Assembly (NCBI GenBank): GCA_032718475.1
Contig: JAUCBJ010009017.1
Span: 18,067-82,066 of the forward strand
Direction: 5' to 3'
Length of the DNA: 64,000 bases
DNA from: Nemertoderma westbladi
Lineage: Eukaryota > Animalia > Xenacoelomorpha
Position numbers and translations under genes: made by a program. The notes below the pieces were generated by a model. It was given only the letters and a program-made list of their open reading frames with translations, was not told the DNA's origin and ran no database searches. Below are positions 38,662 to 53,000 of this stretch, piece after piece; position 1 is the stretch's first letter; each line of letters opens with the position of its first letter.

Positions 38662-39912
38662 TGTAAAAGCTTCTGTGGGATCTAACTGGCCCCTTTTGCT
38701 TCGCAATCCAGTTTCCCCCCAGGCGCTGGAATACTCTAAAAAGGTTCTCTAACTGTATATATATTCCCCTCGCCCGCAAGGTACCGTTACAGGTGTTTTA
38801 ACGGACATAAAAGTCATTCTGCTATATACGTGTTTTGGCGGACATGGTAAGGCAAAAAACCTGTAATGCACCAACTACCTTTCACAGCTTAGCCGTGATG
38901 ATTCATATTACGACATCTAACAGCTGGTTGCTGACATGGAAACAGCCATTGGATGCATGGTTCTTTGTTTGGCTTGAGCCAATCAGAGCGATTTTTCCTG
39001 TCGACGTGTAGCTTTTCGGTCGATCATAAGGAGAGTGTTGAGTCTTACTGCTTTACTTGATACTTTGTTGTTATTGCTGTCTAAGCCAGAAACACCGGCC
39101 TTTTGGGAAGAACTCTAGTAAAACTGCTTGAATTATCGAAAGTATAAACTGTTACCTCACCTAACTAATCTCAATAACTCACTAATTAACATGCTCACTT
39201 AATTTAATTGCATTAATCATATTGTTTGTACTGTTATTTTACCGTCAGTTATTAATTGTACCTATTTGTTGATGGAAATATTGCTCTTTGGATAATACGG
39301 ATAAATCACCCAAATTCCCAATTTTCTTGATACACTACAGGTTAGAGAGACCGGCTATACATAACAATTGCGATTTATATTAATGTGGTGTGTATTGAAT
39401 CCAATGTTATTTAGCAGACCCTACGTGAGTCAATTGTTGCTCTCTTTATGTGTGATCAAATATACTGACTGTCGGCAGAATAGTGTGTATGATTGTGATT
39501 GGTAACAAAGTATTTCCTAAAGAATACGCTTTATACTTCAATCATAAGCAGTATCGTTGCGTTTTAGTATAAGTCTTAGTTCTGTTTAAATAGATAAAGC
39601 GCCACGTCCTAAAGGAACTGTTAATATTTCCCGAAAGCCAATAATATCTGTCAGAGATTAATTATTAACGATCTATCGAATAATACAGTAGGTATACACT
39701 GCAACCTTACACTGCAATAATAAAATTTAAGCATCCGAATTCAGCCTCCCGGGTGTAGATCCATCGGGTGAATGATCGCGCATGGGCTGTCTTCGGCTAA
39801 TGTTTTGCGTATTAGCATAAAATATTGTCGTATGCTAAAGTGGTTTTAATTAACTAAAAGACATATAAATTTTGGCAGGTTAAACTGCTAAAGGTCTTCA
39901 AAAGCGCGAACA
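38662..39912 (+). repeat. 3' LTR
   Basis: Same length and sequence as the 5' LTR; followed by the TSD GGTAG. Confidence 0.96.
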
Positions 39913-40666
39913 GGTAGTACTGGTGACTAATAATCTGACAGTATCGGTAGTACCGGTGACTAAATCTGACAGTACCGGTAGTACTGGTGACTAATAATCT
40001 GACAGTACCAGGGTAGTACCGGTGACTAATAATCTGACATAACCCCGGTACTACCGTTGACTAATAATCTGACAGTACCGGTAGTACCGGTGACTAAATC
40101 TGACAGTACCGGTAGTACCGGTGACTAAATCTGACAGTACCGGCAGTACTGGTGACTAATAATCTGACAGTACTAGGGTAGTACCGGTGACTAATAATCT
40201 GACAGTACCGGTACCCCGGTAGTACCGGTACCCCGGTAGTACCGGTGACTAATAATCTGACAGTACCGGTACCCCGGTAGTACTGGTGACTAATAATCTG
40301 ACAGTACCCCGGTAGTACCGGTGACTAAATCTGACAGTACCAGCAGTACTGGTGACTAATAATCTGTCAGTACCCCGGTAGTACCGGTGACTAAATCTGA
40401 CAGTACCGGTAGTACTGGTGACTAATAATCTGTCAGTACCCCGGTAGTACCGGTGACTAAATCTGACAGTACCGGTAGTACTGGTGACTAATAATCTGAC
40501 AGTACCCGGCTAGTACCGGTGACTAAATCTGACAGTACCGGTAGTACCGGTGACTAATAATCTGACAGTACCCGGCTAGTACCGGTGACTAAATCTGACA
40601 GTACCGGTAGTACCGGTGACTAATAATCTGAAAGTACCCGGCTAGTACCGGTGACTAAATCTGACA
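39913..40666. repeat. ~32-35-bp minisatellite, right part, ending about 57 nt before the RPS29 acceptor
   Basis: Tandem GGTAGTACCGGTGACTAA(TAA)TCTGACAGTACC variants. Confidence 0.93.
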
Positions 40667-40723
40667 CAGTGCCGGTATAATATTTATATATAATACGCCG
40701 GTATTATTTTTGTTTACTTTTAG

Positions 40724-40832
40724 TCGAGTTTGCAGCAACAGACACGGTTTGATCCGAAAGTATTGTCTGAACATGTGTCGGCAGTGTTTCAGGGAGAACG
40801 CTAGTCAGATCGGGTTTAAGAAGGTCGATTAA
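40724..40832 (+). CDS. RPS29: 40S ribosomal protein S29 (uS14), coding exon 2
   Basis: TTTACTTTTAG acceptor; the phase-2 join gives [36 protein letters not shown]; 56 aa in total with the CxxC...CxxC zinc motif; AATAAA at 41018. Confidence 0.95.
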
Positions 40833-41068
40833 TAATCTCAGGATCAAAAGAATTCCGTGTCTTCAGTTCCAGACAGTCGCTTCAGCGTTATGGGCGATTA
40901 GATTTATATTACTTGGTTGCTAAGATACTAGTTGTGGCAATACATGTGAAATAATGTTATTTTCATATTTTGTATTATATATTAAATGGTATATGTTTCG
41001 ATTTAATATATTATATAAATAAACGTTTAGTTTGTATCTTTACAACCTATGTGGCCTCCAATCTCCAA

Positions 41069-44000
41069 TATTTTATTGGCTCACACAGCCCCACGGTGAC
41101 ATAAACCCAAGGTTATTTTATTGGCTCACACAGCCACACGGTAACATAAACCCAAGGTTATTTTATTGGCTCACACAGCCACACGGTAACATAAACCCAA
41201 GGTTATTTTATTGGCTCACACACAGCCACACGGTGACATAAACCCAAGGTTATTTTATTGGCTCACACATAGCCACACGGTGACATAAACCCAAGGTTAT
41301 TTTATTGGCTCACACACAGCCACACGGTGACATAAACCCAAGGTTATTTTATTGGCTCACACATAGCCACACGGTGACATAAACCCAAAGTTATTTTATT
41401 GGTTCACACAGCCACACGGTAACATAAACCCAAGGTTATTTTATTGGCTCACACAGCCCCACGGTGACATAAACCCAAGGTTATTTTATTGGCTCACACA
41501 GCCACACGGTGACATAAACCCAAGGTTATTTTATTGGCTCACACAGCCACACGGTGACATAAACCCAAGGTTATTTTATTGGCTCACACAGCCCCACGGT
41601 GACATAAACCCAAGGTTATTTTATTGGCTCACACAGCCACACGGTGACTAAACACAAAGTTATTTTATTGGCTCACACAGCCACACGGTGACATAAACCC
41701 AAAGTTATTTTATTGGCTCACACAGCCACACGGTAACATAAACCCAAGGTTATTTTATTGGCTCACACAGCCCCACGGTGACATAAACCCAAGGTTATTT
41801 TATTGGCTCACACAGCCACACGGTGACATAAACCCAAGGTTATTTTATTGGCTCACACAGCCACACGGTAACATAAACCCAAGGTTATTTTATTGGCTCA
41901 CACAGCCCCACGGTGACATAAACCCAAGGTTATTTTATTGGCTCACACAGCCCCACGGTGACATAAACCCAAGGTTATTTTATTGGCTCACACAGCCACA
42001 CGGTGACATAAACCCAAGGTTATTTTATTGGCTCACACAGCCACACGGTGACATAAACCCAAGGTTATTTTATTGGCTCACACAGCCACACGGTGACATA
42101 AACCCAAGGTTATTTTATTGGCTCTCACAGCCACACGGTGACATAAACCCAAGGTTATTTTATTGGCTCACACAGCCACACGGTGACATAAACCCAAGGT
42201 TATTTTATTGGCTCACACAGCCACACGGTGACATAAACCCAAGGTTATTTTATTGGCTCACACAGCCCCACGGTGACATAAACCCAAGGTTATTTTATTG
42301 GCTCACACATAGCCACACGGTGACATAAACCCAAGGTTATTTTATTGGCTCACACAGCCCCACGGTGACATAAACCCAAGGTTATTTTATTGGCTCACAC
42401 AGCCACACGGTAACATAAACCCAAGGTTATTTTATTGGCTCACACAGCCCCACGGTGACATAAACCCAAGGTTATTTTATTGGCTCACACAGCCACACGG
42501 TGACATAAACCCAAAGTTATTTTATTGGTTCACACAGCCACACGGTGACATAAACCCAAGGTTATTTTATTGGCTCACACAGCCACACGGTGACATAAAC
42601 CCAAGGTTATTTTATTGGCTCACACAGCCACACGGTGACATAAACCCAAGGTTATTTTATTGGCTAACACAGCCACACGGTGACATAAACCCAAGGTTAT
42701 TTTATTGGCTCACACAGCCACACGGTGACATAAACCCAAGGTTATTTTATTGGCTCACACAGCCACACGGTAACATAAACCCAAGGTTATTTTATTGGCT
42801 CACACAGCCCCACGGTGACATAAACCCAAGGTTATTTTATTGGCTCACACAGCCCCACGGTGACATAAACCCAAGGTTATTTTATTGGCTCACACAGCCA
42901 CACGGTGACATAAACCCAAGGTTATTTTATTGGCTCACACAGCCACACGGTGACATAAACCCAAGGTTATTTTATTGGCTCACACAGCCACACGGTGACA
43001 TAAACCCAAGGTTATTTTATTGGCTCTCACAGCCACACGGTGACATAAACCCAAGGTTATTTTATTGGCTCACACAGCCACACGGTGACATAAACCCAAG
43101 GTTATTTTATTGGCTCACACAGCCACACGGTGACATAAACCCAAGGTTATTTTATTGGCTCACACAGCCCCACGGTGACATAAACTCAAGGTTATTTTAT
43201 TGGCTCACACATAGCCACACGGTGACATAAACCCAAGGTTATTTTATTGGCTCACACAGCCCCACGGTGACATAAACCCAAGGTTATTTTATTGGCTCAC
43301 ACAGCCACACGGTAACATAAACCCAAGGTTATTTTATTGGCTCACACAGCCCACGGTGACATAAACCCAAGGTTATTTTATTGGCTCACACAGCCACACG
43401 GTGACATAAACCCAAAGTTATTTTATTGGTTCACACAGCCACACGGTGACATAAACCCAAGGTTATTTTATTGGCTCACACAGCCACACGGTGACATAAA
43501 CCCAAGGTTATTTTATTGGCTCACACAGCCACACGGTGACATAAACCCAAGGTTATTTTATTGGCTAACACAGCCACACGGTGACATAAACCCAAGGTTA
43601 TTTTATTGGCTCACACAGCCACACGGTGACATAAACCCAAGGTTATTTTATTGGCTCACACAGCCACACGGTGACATAAACCCAAGGTTATTTTATTGGC
43701 TCACACAGCCACACGGTGACATAAACCCAATGTTATTTTATTGGCTCACACAGCCACACGGTGACATAAACCCAAGGTTATTTTATTGGCTCACACAGCC
43801 ACACGGTGACATAAACCCAAGGTTATTTTATTGGCTCACAGTAGCCACACGGTGACATAAACCCAAGGTTATTTTATTGGCTCACACAGCCACACGGTGA
43901 CATAAACCCAAGGTTATTTTATTGGCTCACACAGCCCCACGGTGACATAAACCCAAGGTTATTTTATTGGCTCACACATAGCCACACGGTGACATAAACC

Positions 44001-47000
44001 CAAGGTTATTTTATTGGCTCACACAGCCCCACGGTGACATAAACCCAAGGTTATTTTATTGGCTCACACAGCCACACGGTAACATAAACCCAAGGTTATT
44101 TTATTGGCTCACACAGCCCCACGGTGACATAAACCCAAGGTTATTTTATTGGCTCACACAGTACACAGTGACATAAACGCAAAGTTATTTTATTGGTTCA
44201 CACAGCCACACGGTGACATAAACCCAAGGTTATTTTATTGGCTCACACAGCCACACGGTGACATAAACCCAAGGTTATTTTATTGGCTCACACAGCCACA
44301 CGGTGACATAAACCCAAGGTTATTTTATTGGCTAACACAGCCACACTGTGACATAAACCCAAGGTTATTTTATTGGCTCACACATAGCCACACGGTGACA
44401 TAAACCCAAGGTTATTTTATTGGCTCACACAGCCACACGGTGACATAAACCCAAAGTTATTTTATTGGTTCACACAGCCACACGGTGACATAAACCCAAG
44501 GTTATTTTATTGGCTCACACAGCCACACGGTGACATAAACCCAAGGTTATTTTATTGGCTCACACAGCCACACGGTGACATAAACCCAAGGTTATTTTAT
44601 TGGCTAACACAGCCACACGGTGACATAAACCCAAGGTTATTTTATTGGCTCACACATAGCCACACGGTGACATAAACCCAAGGTTATTTTATTGGCTCAC
44701 ACAGCCCCACGGTGACATAAACCCAAGGTTATTTTATTGGCTCACACAGCCACACGGTAACATAAACCCAAGGTTATTTTATTGGCTCACACAGCCCCAC
44801 GGTGACATAAACCCAAGGTTATTTTATTGGCTCACACAGCCACACGGTGACATAAACCCAAAGTTATTTTATTGGTTCACACAGCCACACGGTGACATAA
44901 ACCCAAGGTTATTTTATTGGCTCACACAGCCACACGGTGACATAAACCCAAGGTTATTTTATTGGCTCACACAGCCACACGGTGACATAAACCCAAGGTT
45001 ATTTTATTGGCTAACACAGCCACACGGTGACATAAACCCAAGGTTATTTTATTGGCTCACACAGCCACACGGTGACATAAACCCAAGGTTATTGTATTGG
45101 CTCACACAGCCACACGGTGACATAAACCCAAGGTTATTTTATTGGCTCACACCGCCACACGGTGACATAAACCCAATGTTATTTTATTGGCTCACACAGC
45201 CACACGGTGACATAAACCCAAGGTTATTTTATTGGCTCACACAGCCACACGGTGACATAAACCCAAGGTTATTTTATTGGCTCACACAGCCACACGGTGA
45301 CATAAACCCAAGGTTATTTTATTGGCTCACACAGCCACACGGTGACATAAACCCAAGGTTATTTTATTGGCTCACACAGCCCCACGGTGACATAAACCCA
45401 AGGTTATTTTATTGGCTCACACATAGCCACACGGTGACATAAACCCAAGGTTATTTTATTGGCTCACACAGCCCCACGGTGACATAAACCCAAGGTTATT
45501 TTATTGGCTCACACAGCCACACGGTAACATAAACCCAAGGTTATTTTATTGGCTCACACAGCCCCACGGTGACATAAACCCAAGGTTATTTTATTGGCTC
45601 ACACAGCCACACGGTGACATAAACCCAAAGTTATTTTATTGGTTCACACAGCCACACGGTGACATAAACCCAAGGTTATTTTATTGGCTCACACAGCCAC
45701 ACGGTGACATAAACCCAAGGTTATTTTATTGGCTCACACAGCCACACGGTGACATAAACCCAAGGTTATTTTATTGGCTAACACAGCCACACGGTGACAT
45801 AAACCCAAGGTTATTTTATTGGCTCACACATAGCCACACGGTGACATAAACCAAAGGTTATTTTATTGGCTCACAGCCACACGGTGACATAAACCCAAGG
45901 TTATTTTATTGGCTCACACAGCCCCACGGTGACATAAACCCAAGGTTATTTTATTGGCTCACACAGCCACACGGTGACATAAACCCAAGGTTATTTTATT
46001 GGCTCACACAGCCACACGGTGACATAAACCCAATGTTATTTTATTGGCTCACACAGCCACACGGTGACATAAACCCAAGGTTATTTTATTGGCTCACACA
46101 TAGCCACACGGTGACATAAACCCAAGGTTATTTTATTGGCTCACACAGCCCTACGGTGACATAAACCCAAGGTTATTTTATTGGCTCACACAGCCACACG
46201 GTGACATAAACCCAAGGTTATTTTATTGGCTCACACAGCCCCACGGTGACATAAACCCAAGGTTATTTTATTGGCTCACACAGCCACACGGTGACATAAA
46301 CCCAAAGTTATTTTATTGGTTCACACAGCCACACGGTGACATAAACCCAAGGTTATTTTATTGGCTCACACAGCCACACGGTGACATAAACCCAAGGTTA
46401 TTTTATTGGCTCACACAGCCACACGGTGACATAAACCCAAGGTTATTTTATTGGCTCACACAGCCACACGGTGACATAAACCCAAGGTTATTTTATTGGC
46501 TCACACAGCCACACGGTGACATAAACCCAAGGTTATTTTATTGGCTCACACAGCCACACGGTGACATAAACCCAAGGTTATTTTATTGGCTCACACCGCC
46601 ACACGGTGACATAAACCCAATGTTATTTTATTGGCTCACACAGCCACACGGTGACATAAACCCAAGGTTATTTTATTGGCTCACACAGCCACACGGTGAC
46701 ATAAACCCAAGGTTATTTTATTGGCTCACACAGCCACACGGTGACATAAACCCAAGGTTATTTTATTGGCTCACACAGCCACACGGTGACATAAACCCAA
46801 GGTTATTTTATTGGCTCACACAGCCCCACGGTGACATAAACCCAAGGTTATTTTATTGGCTCACACATAGCCACACGGTGACATAAACCCAAGGTTATTT
46901 TATTGGCTCACACAGCCCCACGGTGACATAAACCCAAGGTTATTTTATTGGCTCACACAGCCACACGGTAACATAAACCCAAGGTTATTTTATTGGCTCA

Positions 47001-50000
47001 CACAGCCCCACGGTGACATAAACCCAAGGTTATTTTATTGGCTCACACAGCCACACGGTGACATAAACCCAAAGTTATTTTATTGGTTCACACAGCCACA
47101 CGGTGACATAAACCCAAGGTTATTTTATTGGCTCACACAGCCACACGGTGACATAAACCCAAGGTTATTTTATTGGCTCACACAGCCACACGGTGACATA
47201 AACCCAAGGTTATTTTATTGGCTAACACAGCCACACGGTGACATAAACCCAAGGTTATTTTATTGGCTCACACATAGCCACACGGTGACATAAACCCAAG
47301 GTTATTTTATTGGCTCACACAGCCCCACGGTGACATAAACCCAAGGTTATTTTATTGGCTCACACAGCCACACGGTGACATAAACCCAAGGTTATTTTAT
47401 TGGCTCACACAGCCACACGGTGACATAAACCCAAGGTTATTTTATTGGCTCACACAGCCACACGGTGACATAAACCCAAGGTTATTTTATTGGCTCACAC
47501 AGCCACACGGTGACATAAACCCAAGGTTATTTTATTGGCTCACACAGCCACACGGTGACATAAACCCAAGGTTATTTTATTGGCTCACACAGCCACACGG
47601 TGACATAAACCCAAGGTTATTTTATTGGCTCACACAGCCACACGGTGACATAAACCCAAGGTTATTTTATTGGCTCACACAGCCACACGGTGACATAAAC
47701 CCAAGGTTATTTTATTGGCTCACACAGCCACACGGTGACATAAACCCAAGGTTATTTTATTGGCTCACACAGCCACACGGTGACATAAACCCAATGTTAT
47801 TTTATTGGCTCACACAGCCACACGGTGACATAAACCCAAGGTTATTTTATTGGCTCACACAGCCACACGGTGACATAAACCCAAGGTTATTTTATTGGCT
47901 CACACAGCCACACGGTGACATAAACCCAAGGTTATTTTATTGGCTCACACAGCCACACGGTGACATAAACCCAAGGTTATTTTATTGGCTCACACAGCCA
48001 CACGGTGACATAAACCCAAGGTTATTTTATTGGCTCACACAGCCACACGGTGACATAAACCCAAGGTTATTTTATTGGCTCACACAGCCACACGGTGACA
48101 TAAACCCAAGGTTATTTTATTGGCTCACACAGCCACACGGTGACATAAACCCAAGGTTATTTTATTGGCTCACACAGCCCCACGGTGACATAAACCCAAG
48201 GTTATTTTATTGGCTCACACAGCCACACGGTGACATAAACCCAAGGTTATTTTATTGGCTCACACAGCCACACGGTGACATAAACCCAAGGTTATTTTAT
48301 TGGCTCACACAGCCACACGGTGACATAAACCCAAGGTTATTTTATTGGCTCACACAGCCACACGGTGACATAAACCCAAGGTTATTTTATTGGCTCACAC
48401 AGCCACACGGTGACATAAACCCAAGGTTATTTTATTGGCTCACACATAGCCACACGGTGACATAAACCCAAGGTTATTTTATTGGCTCACACAGCCCCAC
48501 GGTGACATAAACCCAAGGTTATTTTATTGGCTCACACAGCCACACGGTGACATAAACCCAAGGTTATTTTATTGGCTCACACAGCCACACGGTGACATAA
48601 ACCCAAGGTTATTTTATTGGCTCACACAAGCCACACGGTGACATAAACCCAAGGTTATTTTATTGGCTCACACAGCCCCACGGTGACATAAACCCAAGGT
48701 TATTTTATTGGCTCACACAGCCACACGGTGACATAAACCCAAGGTTATTTTATTGGCTCACACAGCCACACGGTGACATAAACCCAAGGTTATTTTATTG
48801 GCTCACACAGCCACACGGTGACATAAACCCAAGGTTATTTTATTGGCTCACACAGCCACACGGTGACATAAACCCAAGGTTATTTTATTGGCTCACACAG
48901 CCACACGGTGACATAAACCCAAGGTTATTTTATTGGCTCACACAGCCACACGGTGACATAAACCCAAGGTTATTTTATTGGCTCACACAGCCACACGGTG
49001 ACATAAACCCAAGGTTATTTTATTGGCTCACACAGCCACACGGTGACATAAACCCAAGGTTATTTTATTGGCTCACACAGCCACACGGTGACATAAACCC
49101 AAGGTTATTTTATTGGCTCACACAGCCACACGGTGACATAAACCCAAGGTTATTTTATTGGCTCACACAGCCACACGGTGACATAAACCCAAGGTTATTT
49201 TATTGGCTCACACAGCCACACGGTGACATAAACCCAAGGTTATTTTATTGGCTCACACAGCCACACGGTGACATAAACCCAAGGTTATTTTATTGGCTCA
49301 CACAGCCACACGGTGACATAAACCCAAGGTTATTTTATTGGCTCACACAGCCACACGGTGACATAAACCCAAGGTTATTTTATTGGCTCACACAGCCACA
49401 CGGTGACATAAACCCAAGGTTATTTTATTGGCTCACACAGCCACACGGTGACATAAACCCAAGGTTATTTTATTGGCTCACACAGCCACACGGTGACATA
49501 AACCCAAGGTTATTTTATTGGCTCACACAGCCACACGGTGACATAAACCCAAGGTTATTTTATTGGCTCACACATAGCCACACGGTGACATAAACCAAAG
49601 GTTATTTTATTGGCTCACAGCCACACGGTGACATAAACCCAAGGTTATTTTATTGGCTCACACAGCCCCACGGTGACATAAACCCAAGGTTATTTTATTG
49701 GCTCACACAGCCACACGGTGACATAAACCCAAGGTTATTTTATTGGCTCACACAGCCACACGGTGACATAAACCCAATGTTATTTTATTGGCTCACACAG
49801 CCACACGGTGACATAAACCCAAGGTTATTTTATTGGCTCACACAGCCACACGGTGACATAAACCCAAGGTTATTTTATTGGCTCACACAGCCACACGGTG
49901 ACATAAACCCAAGGTTATTTTATTGGCTCACACAGCCACACGGTGACATAAACCCAAGGTTATTTTATTGGCTCACACAGCCACACGGTGACATAAACCC

Positions 50001-53000
50001 AAGGTTATTTTATTGGCTCACACAGCCACGCGGTGACATAAACCCAAGGTTATTTTATTGGCTCACACAGCCACACGGTGACATAAACGCAAGGTTATTT
50101 TATTGGCTCACACAGCCACACGGTAACATAAACCCAAAGTTATTTTATTGGCTCACACAGCCACACGGTGACATAAACCCAAGGTTATTTTATTGGCTCA
50201 CACAGCCCCACGGTGACATAAACCCAAGGTTATTTTATTGGCTCACACAGCCACACGGTGACATAAACCCAAGGTTATTTTATTGGCTCACACAGCCACA
50301 CGGTGACATAAACCCAAGGTTATTTTATTGGCTCACACAGCCACACGGTGACATAAACCCAAGGTTATTTTATTGGCTCACACAGCCACACGGTGACATA
50401 AACCCAAGGTTATTTTATTGGCTCACACAGCCACACGGTGACATAAACCCAAGGTTATTTTATTGGCTCACACAGCCACACGGTGACATAAACCCAAGGT
50501 TATTTTATTGGCTCACACAGCCCCACGGTGACATAAACCCAAGGTTATTTTATTGGCTCACACAGCCACACGGTGACATAAACCCAAGGTTATTTTATTG
50601 GCTCACACAGCCACACGGTGACATAAACCCAAGGTTATTTTATTGGCTCACACAGCCACACGGTGACATAAACCCAAGGTTATTTTATTGGCTCACACAG
50701 CCACACGGTGACATAAACCCAAGGTTATTTTATTGGCTCACACAGCCACACGGTGACATAAACCCAAGGTTATTTTATTGGCTCACACAGCCACACGGTG
50801 ACATAAACCCAAGGTTATTTTATTGGCTCACACAGCCCCACGGTGACATAAACCCAAGGTTATTTTATTGGCTCACACAGCCACACGGTGACATAAACCC
50901 AAGGTTATTTTATTGGCTCACACAGCCCCACGGTGACATAAACCCAAGGTTATTTTATTGGCTCACACAGCCACACGGTGACATAAACCCAAGGTTATTT
51001 TATTGGCTCACACAGCCACACGGTGACATAAACCCAAGGTTATTTTATTGGCTCACACAGCCACACGGTGACATAAACCCAAGGTTATTTTATTGGCTCA
51101 CACAGCCACACGGTGACATAAACCCAAGGTTATTTTATTGGCTCACACAGCCACACGGTGACATAAACCCAAGGTTATTTTATTGGCTCACACAGCCACA
51201 CGGTGACATAAACCCAAGGTTATTTTATTGGCTCACACAGCCACACGGTGACATAAACCCAAGGTTATTTTATTGGCTCACACCGCCACACGGTGACATA
51301 AACCCAATGTTATTTTATTGGCTCACACAGCCACACGGTGACATAAACCCAAGGTTATTTTATTGGCTCACACAGCCACACGGTGACATAAACCCAAGGT
51401 TATTTTATTGGCTCACACAGCCACACGGTGACATAAACCCAAGGTTATTTTATTGGCTCACACAGCCACACGGTGACATAAACCCAAGGTTATTTTATTG
51501 GCTCACACAGCCCCACGGTGACATAAACCCAAGGTTATTTTATTGGCTCACACATAGCCACACGGTGACATAAACCCAAGGTTATTTTATTGGCTCACAC
51601 AGCCCCACGGTGACATAAACCCAAGGTTATTTTATTGGCTCACACAGCCACACGGTAACATAAACCCAAGGTTATTTTATTGGCTCACACAGCCCCACGG
51701 TGACATAAACCCAAGGTTATTTTATTGGCTCACACAGCCACACGGTGACATAAACCCAAAGTTATTTTATTGGTTCACACAGCCACACGGTGACATAAAC
51801 CCAAGGTTATTTTATTGGCTCACACAGCCACACGGTGACATAAACCCAAGGTTATTTTATTGGCTCACACAGCCACACGGTGACATAAACCCAAGGTTAT
51901 TTTATTGGCTAACACAGCCACACGGTGACATAAACCCAAGGTTATTTTATTGGCTCACACATAGCCACACGGTGACATAAACCAAAGGTTATTTTATTGG
52001 CTCACAGCCACACGGTGACATAAACCCAAGGTTATTTTATTGGCTCACACAGCCCCACGGTGACATAAACCCAAGGTTATTTTATTGGCTCACACAGCCA
52101 CACGGTGACATAAACCCAAGGTTATTTTATTGGCTCACACAGCCACACGGTGACATAAACCCAATGTTATTTTATTGGCTCACACAGCCACACGGTGACA
52201 TAAACCCAAGGTTATTTTATTGGCTCACACAGCCACACGGTGACATAAACCCAAGGTTATTTTATTGGCTCACACAGCCACACGGTGACATAAACCCAAG
52301 GTTATTTTATTGGCTCACACAGCCACACGGTGACATAAACCCAAGGTTATTTTATTGGCTCACACAGCCCCACGGTGACATAAACCCAAGGTTATTTTAT
52401 TGGCTCACACAGCCACGCGGTGACATAAACCCAAGGTTATTTTATTGGCTCACACAGCCACACGGTGACATAAACCCAAGGTTATTTTATTGGCTCACAC
52501 AGCCACACGGTGACATAAACCCAAAGTTATTTTATTGGCTCACACAGCCACACGGTGACATAAACCCAAGGTTATTTTATTGGCTCACACAGCCACACGG
52601 TGACATAAACCCAAGGTTATTTTATTGGCTCACACAGCCACACGGTGACATAAACCCAAGGTTATTTTATTGGCTCACACAGCCACACGGTGACATAAAC
52701 CCAAGGTTATTTTATTGGCTCACACAGCCACACGGTGACATAAACCCAAGGTTATTTTATTGGCTCACACAGCCACACGGTGACATAAACCCAAGGTTAT
52801 TTTATTGGCTCACACCGCCACACGGTGACATAAACCCAATGTTATTTTATTGGCTCACACAGCCACACGGTGACATAAACCCAAGGTTATTTTATTGGCT
52901 CACACAGCCACACGGTGACATAAACCCAAGGTTATTTTATTGGCTCACACAGCCACACGGTGACATAAACCCAAGGTTATTTTATTGGCTCACACAGTCA

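Larger units (their letters stand above)
27918..39912 (+). mobile_element. Complete non-autonomous BEL/Pao LTR retrotransposon (11,995 bp) with 5-bp TSD GGTAG
   Basis: TGT...ACA LTRs of 1251 bp each (27918-29168, 38662-39912); GGTAG at 27913-27917 and 39913-39917; BEL-type gag-protease ORF; purine-rich GGGAGCGG directly before the 3' LTR. Confidence 0.95.
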
